Below are positions 13,841-25,800 of a DNA stretch of 64,000 nucleotides, one piece after another. This DNA is from Nemertoderma westbladi (Eukaryota > Animalia > Xenacoelomorpha). The notes under the pieces are model-generated. The model worked only from the letters and a program-made list of their open reading frames with translations, was not told the origin of the DNA and did not search any database. The position numbers and the translations under genes were made by a program. The stretch's first letter is position 1; every line of letters begins with the position of its first letter. The stretch is taken from positions 27,800 through 91,799 of the forward strand of contig JAUCBJ010006819.1 of NCBI GenBank assembly GCA_032718475.1. The letters run 5' to 3'.

Positions 13841-14420
13841 AAATGTTGAATTCTACGTCATTCAATGGCCCATCAGAGCTGTTAGAAATTTATTAGGAAT
13901 TCGTAATAAGAAACTGATCGGATTCTAACATATTTTGTCAGACAAACAAAAACATGACAGACAGACAGACAATATCAGAAGAACGGCTAATTGAATTAAG
14001 AAACTATTGTCAGATTCGAATTCCTCGACTTCGATTACCCAAAAATGTGAATCTGTTTCACTTCAAACACAATCCCAATATTTGACGAACAGACAGACAG
14101 ACAGACAGACAATATTGGCTGAACGGATAAATAATTTAATAATCTGAACCAATGTTTGAATTCTACGTCATTCAGTGCCACTTGGGAGCTGTTAGATGTT
14201 TCTTAAGAATTCGTAATAACAAACTGATTAGATAGTAATATTTTGACAGACAGACATAATAACATGACAGACAGACAGACAATATCAGAAGAACGGCTAA
14301 TCGAATGAATAAGTTATTGTTAGATTCGAATTCCACGGCATTGATTACCCAAAAGGAGATTCAGATTTCAGTTGAAACACAATTTTTCTATTTGACAGAC
14401 AGACAGACAGACAGACAACA
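13841..14420. repeat. Diverged ~310-bp tandem duplication with (ACAG)n tracts in the 3' arm of piggyBac 1
   Basis: ttgaattctacgtcattca...gacagacagacaatatcagaagaacggctaa...gattacccaaaa occurs at about 13845 and about 14155. Confidence 0.85.
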
Positions 14421-15388
14421 GACACATAAGGAAGGATAGGCTGTACAGAAAAACAGACTTCGGAAATGAAATCTACGGTAAAAACAACCTCATAATTGGG
14501 GAAACATAGATTATTTTGAAAGGAAGCAAGCCTGTGACATTTGTTGAAGTTTAAGAAATATTTTTATAATTTCATAAAATATATTCAGGTTCTGGAGGTA
14601 CAAGATATTTTCCAATTCAGTACTAAAAGGGTTAAACCGTGTAATTATTTTAATGTATTTTAAACAATCCAAAATTACGTGTGTCGCCAAAATATCTGCC
14701 TCTGTACCGATTTCTATATATTTATATTATATTATATGGGATTTAAATCATTTTATTAAATCTTTTTATACTGTAGGAATTTTAAGTAAAATATTTTATA
14801 ATCCGCGTGATATTTTAATGTACAGTATGTTCCATTTCATTTCGTTTTAAACCACTGTATTTCCAGGGGACCCCCATGGAACGAGACATTGTCTCTTTAG
14901 GGCTATCCCCGACATCATATTTCACTTTGTTTCTTCTGGATTGGTGTTTGTCTATAGGTGATAGGGCCTACTCCATACCACATTTATTTTCGTATTGCTG
15001 TAGGCCTATTGTTTTCATATTTTGATGTAAATAAAACAATTCCTATTCCGACGTACTGACCTAGTAGTGTAGTACTGTCAGGCTGTAGTACTGTAGTAGG
15101 CCTACATCTGTACATTAGATTTTCAGCTAGCTCCACCCTCCCAAACCTCATAGCCTCAACCGACACTCAGCTACAGCTGCTCAAACCTATCCGTACTCGT
15201 TTTTGGCCCATGCGCATGCATGCCATGTTCAGTTCATGTATCAGTGTATTGGAAAGTTTAGAAAGTAAATATAACTTATTAATAATTTAGCCTAGGCCCT
15301 ATTGTAATTTGTAATACTATATTTTTAGTTTGACTGTTTGTAGGCCTCAGGCAGTACCGGTCAGCCGGTTGCCGGTGGTTAGTATACG

Positions 15389-16588
15389 ACAAGTCCCTAA
15401 AAGGTGCCACCCTGCTCCATAGCGCGGGAAATTCAAATGATTGAAAGACATGTTATTTGTGCTGGAAAGGGTGGCAGATCAGATCTGCCACCTATATATT
15501 GGCGGTAAATTCAAATCTGTTTTAACATTGAATACATGAATAGAGTAAGACCAATCTTCCAATGTAATTCATTGAATCAGAATAAATTATTTATTATCGG
15601 TTTAACTCACTCATCCGTTAATGTTGTTGATTTATCTATTCTGGGACTTCGAGCAGTACGTGAACAACTAAACCAGCACGCTAACTACCGGTAGTCTGGG
15701 GCTTCGAGCACCACGTGAACAACTAAACTGGCTGGTTACCTAGTCTGGGACTTCGAGCAGCACGTGAACAACTAAACCAGCACGTTAACTAGTCTGGGAC
15801 TTCGAGCAGCACGTGTACAACTAAGCTGCCTGGTTAACAAGTCTGGGACTTCGGGCAGCACGTAAACAACTAAAGCTGACTGGTTAACTAGTCTGGGACA
15901 GATATAGCAGTATAGGCAGAATAAGCATTATACACCTATTGTTATTACAGTAGGCCTACCTGCGATATATTTTACTATCAGTTCCCTGCTATATTGTTAT
16001 AATTATATTGTTCTGATGTAATTATAACTGATACAAGCAAATAACAAATGTTCTTTACATTTTACTGATAGAAGTTAAGCCAAATACCTCGATCCACCCC
16101 CTTCTCAATTTGCAAGTTTGCTCGAAGTCCCAGACTAGTTAACCAGTCAGCTTAGTTGCTCACGTGCTGCTCGAAGCCCCAAACTAGTTAACGTGCTGGT
16201 TTAGTTTTAGTTGTTCACGTGCTGCTCGAAGTCCCAGACTAGGTATCCAGCCAGTTTATTTGTTCACGTGCTGCTCTATGCCCCAGACTAGTTAGCGTCA
16301 GGTTTAGTTGTTCACGTGCTGCTCGAAGTCCCAGACTACCAGAATAGATAAAACAACAACAATAACGGATGAGTGAGTTAAACCGATAAGAAATAATTTA
16401 TTCTGATTCAATGAATTACATTTAGTCTTACTCTATTCATGTATTCAATGTTAAAACAGATTTGAATTAACCGCCAAAATATAGGTAGCAGATCTGATCT
16501 GCCACCCTTTCCAGTACAAAATTACATGTCTTTCAATCATTTGAATTTCCCGCGCTATGGAGCAGGGTGGCACCTTTTAGGGACTTGT
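15389..16588. mobile_element. Foldback/Mutator-like non-autonomous element: ~500-bp TIRs with internal ~41-45-bp subrepeats, 9-bp TSD
   Basis: TAGTATACG flanks both ends (15380-88, 16589-97). Termini are ACAAGTCCCTAAAAGGTGCCACC and GGTGGCACCTTTTAGGGACTTGT. agtctgggacttcgagcagcacgtgaacaactaa is repeated on the left and inverted on the right. Confidence 0.9.
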
Positions 16589-16958
16589 TAGTATACGCCT
16601 AACTGTTGACTGTAGGTTGACTGTAATAGATAGGCCTAACAGCCAGGCTGCCAGGTGACAGCAGAACAGCCTAATCTGGTATCTGCCATCTGGTAAGGTA
16701 ATATAGTAATCTGGTAATAGCAACATCTTAAATTATTATTGAGGAATTTACTGATGTAGGCCTGCATTCGCAGTAGGCCTACGCCTGCCTACCGGTACTT
16801 CTTTAAAAACATGAGTTGTTTGAAAAGTTTTTCAATTGTTCAAACTGTCAAACCAATATTATAGCCTAAAACCAGAAAACCACGATCTGACGATTCAGCA
16901 GAATTTCCGTGCTGCCGTGGTCGCTACACTCGCGATTTAATCCATAATAATAACAAGC

Positions 16959-17021
16959 AGACCTTCGCGCAGCACGTGGTGTACTGTAACTTACAGTACA
17001 CCACATGCTGCGCGAAGGTCT
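16959..17021. repeat. Near-perfect 31-bp-arm hairpin with 1-nt loop
   Basis: agaccttcgcgcagcacgtggtgtactgtaa-c-ttacagtacaccacatgctgcgcgaaggtct, one mismatch. Confidence 0.9.
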
Positions 17022-17099
17022 CTTAAACGTTTCAACAGCTTGACGCTTGTTTTGTTACACAATATTGGAGTACTGGAGTACGCCACGTGCTGCATGATT

Positions 17100-20000
17100 T
17101 TCGAATTTGAGAGAAAAAAATTTTTTTTTTCGTAATTTGGATAATAAATGAGCCAAACAATACCATGGAATAATAAAATTTCGAAATATTATATTTTAGA
17201 TCAATATTTATATTTGTATCATATTCGATACAATATGTAATTTGTTTTGTAACACCTTGTAGCATATTTGCTACAATTATTTATTAATCTTTATTTATTC
17301 ACTAGTTGTAGTTATATATAAAAGACATGAAGAATAATAAAGTCCACAATTGGATCGAAGGATCAAACTAATCTGTATGGAATTTGAGGAAACAATTGCG
17401 AGACATGTTTAGACACAAATGAACGCGACACTTCAAACATATCAAGGGGGTGAACTGAGAACATCCTGGATGCTTGCAACGTCCACGGCTCTTCTTCTCT
17501 TCATCCAATACTGCCCAATGATCAACACGGTCTAACCGAACTTCTTTTGGAGGCAGACAAAGAGCTGGTCCTCTCTTCTTTCTTTTGAGAACAGGTTCAA
17601 GTGAACTTCCACTAGGGCGACCTCTCTTCGTTACAGTTGATTTGCCGGCGGAACATAAGGCTAACCCAATGTTAACCTTAAAATCCATTAGGTTGTCATA
17701 CTCAGGGTCAACACCTAATTGTTTGGATATCCGCCTATGTAACAACCATCCATTCACAATTACAAGGTCAACAATGTGAAAAAAAATCCGCAAGTAATAC
17801 TTCTTGGATCTCAAGCGGTTCCGGTACAATCCTATTAGAGAATCTAATAGATCCACTCCACCCATGTGTCGATTGTAAACTTTGATTACTGCGGGACAAT
17901 CTACGTCTATTTTACTCTTTAGGACTTTACTATAACGTTTCACAGTTCCAACGGGTTGGCTTCCAACGAAGGTGGACAAAAGATAGACAAACTTGTTGTC
18001 ATGCCACTTGACACAACTAAGTTCCTGCCCATCAATGGTACAAACCCGTTCATCATAAGATCCTCTCTTCTTCATCTCATTGTCCTCTCTCATCATGCAG
18101 CCCCTCAGCCTGTTAGATCGCGCTGTACCCAATGCTAGTATTCCGAGCTTACTCAGTGAAACTTGTAAATCGATAGAAGTGAAATAATTATCAAAGTATA
18201 CTCAATGATTCATGTGACGTGGAATGGATCTGCATAATCGAATTATAATATTGGAGCTGGCCCCTATGTTTGGCTCATCAGGAGCCATCGTAACTTGTCC
18301 TGTACTAAACTCTAATACATAGGCCATTCCGGAACTCCCACAAAGAACATACATTACATATCCCCATTTATGTGGTTTCTTCGGATTGTACTTCTTCAAA
18401 GTACTTCGGCCCTTGAATGGTATTACTTGTTCGTCACAGGATAATTCAGATTCCTTAGGAAGCGCAAGAAACGTTTTCTGAACTGATTCTAGAATTGGGC
18501 GGAATTTAAAAAGTCGGTCTATGTTATCTTTGTCAATTTGTGAGTTATCGTTAAAGTGAAGGTTGTGTTTAATATCCTCCCATCGATTAACATTCAGTAT
18601 ATCGGCAATTAGCGAAATGCGAAGATTCTTAGACCAGTAGGCTCTCGTACTTGGCAAACGGATAATTGACATCAATATCGTTGTTCCAATGAATTGTTCA
18701 GTTTCCGCTTTTGTGAGACTCAAAGGTTTATTTGCATTTTTCTGAACGGAATACAAGTTCGATTGATTGGTAATGAGTTCAACTAATTCTTTAGGGAATA
18801 ATTTGAAAAATATTTGAAGAGGAGTTTTTAGGTCCAGATATTCCTCACCCAGTTCAGAATTCCCAAGAAATTCCAATTGGCTCGAGTCTTTTATTAGGTT
18901 TCCTTCTTTCCAGGCTAAACCTCCCCCTGTTCCGCTCGTGGACTGATTAACCTGTTCCTTGTGTTTAGTAGTCGACGCAGTGTTTTTAGAAGATTTCGAT
19001 TTAGTTTTTTGCCCAACAGTCTTGGAGTTAGGAATATTCTTAGCCAGAGCAGTCTCAGATTTAGGATTGGCCTTGTCATTGACAATAGAAGGCTGTTTCG
19101 GAACGCTGGCACCAACAGTGGTCGTCTTCTCAGTGGAACGTGAATCGTGCAATAGAACAGGATGAAAATCTAACAAAGTCTTACGTACACGTTTCGGATA
19201 TGATTTTCTGGACGTCTTATTTGTGGAACAAATAATAAGGGGTGTATTAGAAGGGACCGATTCTACCTCAACCTCTACAGCAACATCTTCAAACAATGGA
19301 GGTAGCTCTTCGTCAATCGCATAATCATCTAAATTTAATTCAGTACTTTCCCTTTGCGGGATGTCGATTGAAGATGTTTCCTGTATGTCATTTTCGTTGA
19401 TAGTATCTAATTTGTAAGCCAAACCCGATGATGTAGTCGGCAAAAAATTAAAATCACCATCAAATTCGTGATCTCCAGTTAACAAATCTGATTCACCGCT
19501 ACTTGAACCTTGATATTCATATTCGGATTCATTGCATTCACCGCCACTGGACAATTCACTATCACTTGAATCATACGGTAAATTTCTAATATAGATTGGG
19601 TCATTATTGCGGGTCTTCCTTTTATAAAATGCACTCGGTTGAATCTCCATAAATTTTACACCTGACACTCATTAAATGATGGTTAAAAGAAAATATCAAA
19701 ATATTATAAGAATTTACCAAAAATGATAATTAGTTATTGCAGTAATACAGTACTACACAATGCTGTAAAGCAAACCAGTACAGAACAGTGAAAAATAATG
19801 ATTGTGATTCCGAAATTTTAAATTTCCCGCATAAATTTTGATGTCAACTAATCACATATTGTAGCTCATGTGCTACAAATACATTTTGGCATATTGCTTG
19901 AGTCAAATCAAGTATTTTTTTTATGTTTTCAAGTATTAACACTCTTAGATGATAGGACAACATAAAAAAAATTTTGTTTTGGGAAAAAATCCTAATATTG

Positions 20001-20240
20001 TGTAATTATCAATGCATGTAAAGGACTCATTTATTAGGAATGGCTCCAAAGTATCTATAATCGTGTTCAACACCTCTCAATTGAATCGCTAGGTGGCGTG
20101 ACATAAAATTTTTATCTGAACATCTGTAGCAGATATTCATCAACATGTACATACCCTTCTTTTTTAATTTTATGTTTATACAACCATTGAGTAGCTTAAA
20201 CATTAATTGTAGCATATGTGTAGTCTATTGCAATAGAGGG
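17100..20240 (-). mobile_element. piggyBac transposon (element 2); only the 5' terminus identified
   Basis: ...tgcaatagaggg|TTAA at 20229-20244 gives a CCCTCTATTGCA terminus. A shared ttgtagc...gctacaa subterminal motif is seen at about 17257 and 19859, and partly at 20207. No matching left TIR found, so the left boundary is approximate. Confidence 0.7.
17368..19668 (-). pseudogene. piggyBac transposase (PGBD1/2/3-like type), ~766 codons with one in-frame TGA at 18202-18204
   Basis: ORFs 18202..19668 and 17368..18132 are in the same frame: ...RHMNH*VYFDNYFTSIDLQ...LGTARSNR. Motifs SCDEQVIPFKGR, PKKPHKWG, WHDNK, MGGVDLLD and Cys-rich tail RCKHPGC...CLKCRVHLC...CFLKFH. Confidence 0.9.
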
Positions 20241-20339
20241 TTAATAATTATTAATGCAGTATATATAGCTTGTCAGTCAGTTGATTTCTGCAACATAAAT
20301 AAGCCACGCCACCTACTGATAGAAAGATAACAAGTGCTG

Positions 20340-20720
20340 GTTAAAGAAATGCTAGTGCTGGATATTCCCGTAAGGAGTCGCCTTTGCCTAACACCCTCAG
20401 ATGAAATTACACTGGTGGAAGCTACTGTAGCTATCTGATTGGCGATGCCTATATGGATAATTCAATTTAATAGGGCTTGACAGTAAATGGCTTATACTAA
20501 GGCAGTCAGAGGAGATAACAAATGGCCCTCCTTGTTCGCTCAGTTACCTACAATAATTATCAAGGCAGTATGGGCTGATGTTAAAGCTTTCTGTTACAAG
20601 CTATTGTATTGTACTCTCTTGGCAATGTTCCAATATAGACTAACAGTAACTGGGTCGACTGCAGGGAAGTTAATTCGATATATTGGCAGTTCCGAGTAAC
20701 TTGTATGCCTGTAATGAATG
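20340..20720 (-). pseudogene. Highly decayed LINE RT remnant (tentative)
   Basis: Minus strand reads ..VISSEGVRQ, then with a 1-nt shift GDSL, resembling the GVRQG motif. Everything else is heavily degraded. Confidence 0.3.
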
Positions 20721-21949
20721 ATATAGACAAGTTATATTGATGCCGTATGTCTATGAAATAAATGTGACCAAATTGCTTTGGTATATAGATTATTCTTATA
20801 TTCCTGCAATATAAATTAATCTACTACAGAATGATAATGCAATAGAACGTACCTAATGATAATGCGTACTTAATATACAAAGAAAATTATTACAAATCAA
20901 AATATTACAAATCAATGGATAGGACAATTTAACGGGTTAGATTTATCAGGGGAGTAAATTTATGTTTATAGCTGGAATTTAATTCCAACTATTTTGGGAC
21001 TTCGGATTTTGCTTTCAACAATATTTATCATCTGTCGCACACAATTCCACTGTCAGGTTACGAACACACATAGACTTATGGTACGCCGAGACCTGCATAG
21101 ATTTACAACGTCGAGTCTGACACGTGGAAGTTTCCCCAGCCTCCGAAACCGAACAGCGTCAAGGGAGAAACTCTTTAATTGCATACAATTTTCAAGCAAA
21201 CACTGCTGTCCACAGGAATAAATTTTGCTTAGCCTTACCCGCTGGTAAGCAAAATTTAATAACTTGATATCAGGAACTCGTGCTTACAATAAGAAATACG
21301 TCTGCTCAGTTACCCAACGATCATCGATACCCTATTCGCACGTAGCTAGGAATCTTACTGTCGATCTGCCGCTGAACGCAATACAACTGAGCGTTCAAAT
21401 CCCTTACCGTACTCACTATACCGAACACCAACAGGATTGATATGGGACCAATTAATCCAGTTTTCATGCAGTCAAGACGGGAACAGCACAAACACATTCA
21501 GTCACCTGAAATCACACTCACAAATAAGCAATTCACAATCGAAACACAAACAACACAGTACAGAAAAATTTCTTCAAATACCTCTCCCAGAATATTTAGA
21601 TAGATACTCGATTTACTATTAAGACGAGATTGACACCAAGCGAGATATAATTACGCAAGGGACGTCCGGGACGTCCTATCAAAAAGGTGGGGGACACGCA
21701 GTTCGTTAGCCGCTTGAAATATTTGAGTGCAGAATCTACACTGAACTATTGAATGCTACAACAATAAATGTACATACTGTAAATGTAAACATTCAGGTAA
21801 ATAAATTTTTACAACTCCTATTCTATACACAGTAAATCTATTTATAACACCGACAGTTGTAAACCTAAAATATTCTATTCAGGGTGCGCAGTCCTAAATA
21901 GCCTACTCTAGAATTACAGATAAGGACAATGCAACAATAAATGCGAGGA

Positions 21950-22071
21950 GAAAAATTCACCAGGTGGATAATATTCACTGGCGAAATCTTCACTGAGTTA
22001 AATATTCACTGGTGAAATCTTCAGTGGGGAAATATTCACTGGTGAAATCTTCAGTGGGGTAATATTCACTG
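21950..22071. repeat. Short 15/30-bp-period repeat (aatattcactggtgaaatcttcagtggg)
   Basis: About 8 related 15-bp subunits are visible. Confidence 0.7.
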
Positions 22072-22887
22072 TTAGCGCTACAATTCAATTTTGCAAATAA
22101 TGAGCCTAAACTTACGACCAGCTGTATATACAAGAAACGGGCGCTAGTAACCGTTACTTGTACTCGTAGAATAATTTATTGTTGCATATAAAACTGGCGT
22201 TACTATAAACAGATTTGAAACCCCGTATAAATAGTTCCTTTAAGTTGTGTGTCTGGGCTGCTTACGTCTTTATGTCTAACTGAAAACTGTATTCATTCGA
22301 GACTTATGGAAGTCGGATTTATGAAACTGACAATCCGAGATACCGATGTCACAGGAATTAATTTTGTGCACGTATTAAAATATGTTAGTTTGCTATTAAT
22401 ATTAGGCGTCATATGACAATACTGTAACACACACCCCAATGCGATGAGTTGCAATACCGTACAGTCTATAGACCACCAACCTCAATGTTATTGTGCTACC
22501 AACGTTAATCAACAACAGAATGACTTGAATCCATTCTCTTTATCTTTATCGATAACATAATAATAACATAAATCGCAATAATTCAACTGATATAACAAAT
22601 TAATTAATAGACAAACAATAAATCGACATAATACGAATCAATATCACAAATTGACATCGGCAATATCACGAATTGACGTGAATATTCCGACCCACAAATC
22701 TACTAACAGCTAGTGAGCTATTAACTAATAAATCTTCAATAGTTAGGCTAACCAACTGATACAATGCTATACTATATATACTATATAGGCTGGGGCTGGT
22801 AAGCTGAATGCAAATGGGTATTAGCCAATCAGAGCTATTCTGCATGGCCCTTGCCGTATAACATAATAATTCCCTGGCAGAAGTAAA

Positions 22888-25800
22888 TTAACAATATGGG
22901 GCGAGCCTGCAAGGTAAATGCCATACACTAGTGGCATTAACACCGTCCTCCATCTGCTCCCTCACCACCGGCTCCAACATGACATTGCGCGGCCCAAACG
23001 CCAATGCTGCAAGGTCACCCACGGTGTCGCGCAACTCATTGTGGCGCTGGATGACGAGGCCGCCCTTCTTACAATTCAAACCATGGTTCAAATCAAAGGC
23101 GGCCCCACATCCGTCGCACCGACTGGGAACGCCGAGGAGGGGTTTCCCGTACCGAACTGCCACCGCATCGCGGAATTCTCGTGGGGAAAGGTCGTACTGG
23201 AGGTCAGCCCGGGGGAGAGAAGAGATCCAGCTGCCGGTTTTGTACTCCGCCGCACGGCGGATTGTACGGCAGCGGTGTTCGGTCAATGCCCCCATGGCCT
23301 CCTCGAACTTGGAAATCTCAGCCAGCTTCCTGGTCTCACCATCCTCCTTCCTCGCCCTCACTAAACATTCCCGATGAGCTGAGAGATCAAACTCTTCTGT
23401 TCCAGCCATCGCACCACAGAGAAATCGGGTCCCTTGGGTTGAGACGAGGTACGACGGGTTGGCCTCGGTTACCGGGTTTCGCAGACCCATACCTCCGCGT
23501 TGTGGGGACAAACTGAAGAGTTTGCGCTCGTCCGGCGTGATGGACCCTCCGAGCACGGCGGGGAGAAACCGTTCGGCGATGGCTGTTTCAAGGATGGTGA
23601 ATTCCTCTTCGCAGTCAGCGGTGACCCTCTGTATGTAGGCCCACTCGCGCTGCAGCGAGCAAACCATGGCGGAGAAGGCCGCCTGCGGCTGGGAATCTGC
23701 CATGGTTGCCAACACGTCAGTCGCATCTACCCATGCCGCTACCTTCGCCCGGACAAATTGGCGCCGCTCTCCCGAACTCCCGAGGAACCCACCGAGAAAT
23801 CGGTGTCCTGTGACCACTTTTACGGGGTGGTCATGGAACACTCTGCGGGCCTCGTCTTCATGTTCCGGGGCTACCACCAGGTAGCACTTCGACGGCTCGG
23901 GATTGTAGCCATAGGATGGTCCAATGTTGAGCAGCCTCTCGAACCACCGCAGTAGGTCGGCGAGTTCACCCGCCCCGGCCGAGTCGTCGGCGTACCAGCT
24001 CTCGCGAACCGATGGGGACCGAAGGTGGCGGATCAATGGGAGGGCTCCGGTGGCGTACATGAGCATTGCCAGTGGGTCGCCCTGAGTTACGCCCTCCGCA
24101 CTGAATATGATGGTATCTGTCCCCTTCATCACAAGGATGCTGTGACCACGGTAGCTATTATAGAGGAATGTGGAGCAACGTGGCCACAGGCAACGAGCGT
24201 TCCACAATGCGGCCACCCGGTTGAGTGAGTTGAACGCATTCGCCGCATCCACCAATAGCACGCCCCAACCCGAGTTGGCGTTGTCCTCGAAGAGTGATGA
24301 CATCGAGTGTATCGCCGCCTCAACTCCGGCTGAGGTCCCCGCGGACAGCTGTTCGGCGCCACACGTGATGGTGACGTCGTCCCCTGTGATCACGGCCATT
24401 GTGCGGGCCATTATCCGGCGGAGACACTCCCCGATTCCGATAGGCCGCACACCCGAACACTTATCCAGCGCTATAAGTCGGCCAGACATCAGCGCACGGA
24501 CCGACTCCCATGGGACGACAACATTCGCTAGTGTGCGGGTGAATGCAGCCACAGTGTCACGAAGTCGCTCGCTGTGGGCGCCGTAGCGGAGCAGGTAATC
24601 CCGCCAGCGCGTTGAGTCGCTGCCTGCGGGCCCACTCCCACCGTGGAGCCGCCGAGCGACATCCTCAATGTGTGCCGCAGTCACGTCGACGTCGACTTTG
24701 AGTGGCAGCTCGCTACAATGGATGGTTGAGTCCGAGTTGGGAAGAGCCGCCGCAGGGTGTTTGTCCTGTAGTACATCGAGGACCTTGACCATATGCTGAC
24801 CAACCTCGATGTCCGCTTCTGGTTCCAGAACTCCTCCTGAATCTCGTCCCGTCACCCAACGGACCGCGCTCCTAACCTTGCCCTCTAGCATGAGCCTCGT
24901 GAACACTCGGACTGTGTGGCCGACATCCTTATCTGAGGGCTGAGTTCCACTGCGCCTCCCTGAAGAACGCAGAGACGAGCCACGCTCAGCCTCCTGTAAC
25001 AGAGCGTCTATCTCACCGGAGCGCCACATCACCACCCTGTGGCTGATAAGGCGGCGAATATCGGCTGCCTTCACGATCTTCGGATCTCGGTGCGTGATCA
25101 GTGCATCAGCCATCATCAGTCGTTCGGAACGAGCCAAGACGTCCCCCCGACTGAATCCCACCACCAAGCTCCGGACCTCGGTGTCGAGGAGGGACACGAC
25201 ATCCCTTCCAACAGAACCACCTGGAAGTCTATATCGGGATCCCTGCAGCTGGGTGACTCTGCGCCACTGGTGTAGTAGGTGGTCGGGAGGAGCCCCTCTG
25301 CCGCTAAGTGGCGCACCAAAAGCTCTTTCCATAAGACCTTCAGGGTCTACACTCTGAGGAGGAGCTGAAGCACCAGGTAGCCAGAACTGATCGAAAGTGT
25401 CCATAGGGTTGACCCTGCTTCTGTTTGGAAGGAGTGTGGAGCCGACTCCTGACTTTGGAATGGTGGCGTTCGTAGGCGGCGTTTGTTGAACGGTGGTGTT
25501 CGTTGGTGGCGTCTTTTGAAGGGTGGCATTCGAGGGAGGAGTCTGTTGAGCGGTGGCATTCGTGAGCGTTGTCTGTTTGGCAGTGGCGTCCGTGGGCGGC
25601 ATCTGTTGATCGGTTGCGTTTGTGGGCGGCGTCTTTTGAAGAGTGGCGTTTTTGGGCGGCGTCTTTTGAACGGAGGCGTTCGTGGGTGGCGTCTGTTGAA
25701 CGGTGGCGTTCGTGGCCGGCGTCTGTTGAATGGTGGCGTTTGTGGGCAGCGTCAGTTGAACAGTGGCGTTCGTGGGTGACGTCTGTTGAACGGCGGCGTT

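Larger units (their letters stand above)
10635..14631 (+). mobile_element. Full-length piggyBac transposon (element 1)
   Basis: TTAA (10631-34) then CCCTTTTAGTACT; AGTACTAAAAGGG (14619-31) then TTAA (14632-35). This gives a perfect 13-bp TIR and TTAA TSD. Subterminal direct repeat ctatgtccca.ctgttgtaccat at 10646 and 10680. Encodes a DDD transposase. Confidence 0.95.

Noticed and set aside
18202-18204. TGA reassignment (alternative genetic code)
   Set aside because: In-frame TGAs occur only in transposon relics that also carry TAA stops or frameshifts (BEL gag) or are otherwise damaged. The PLAC8-like gene ends at TGA and host CDSs have no internal TGA.
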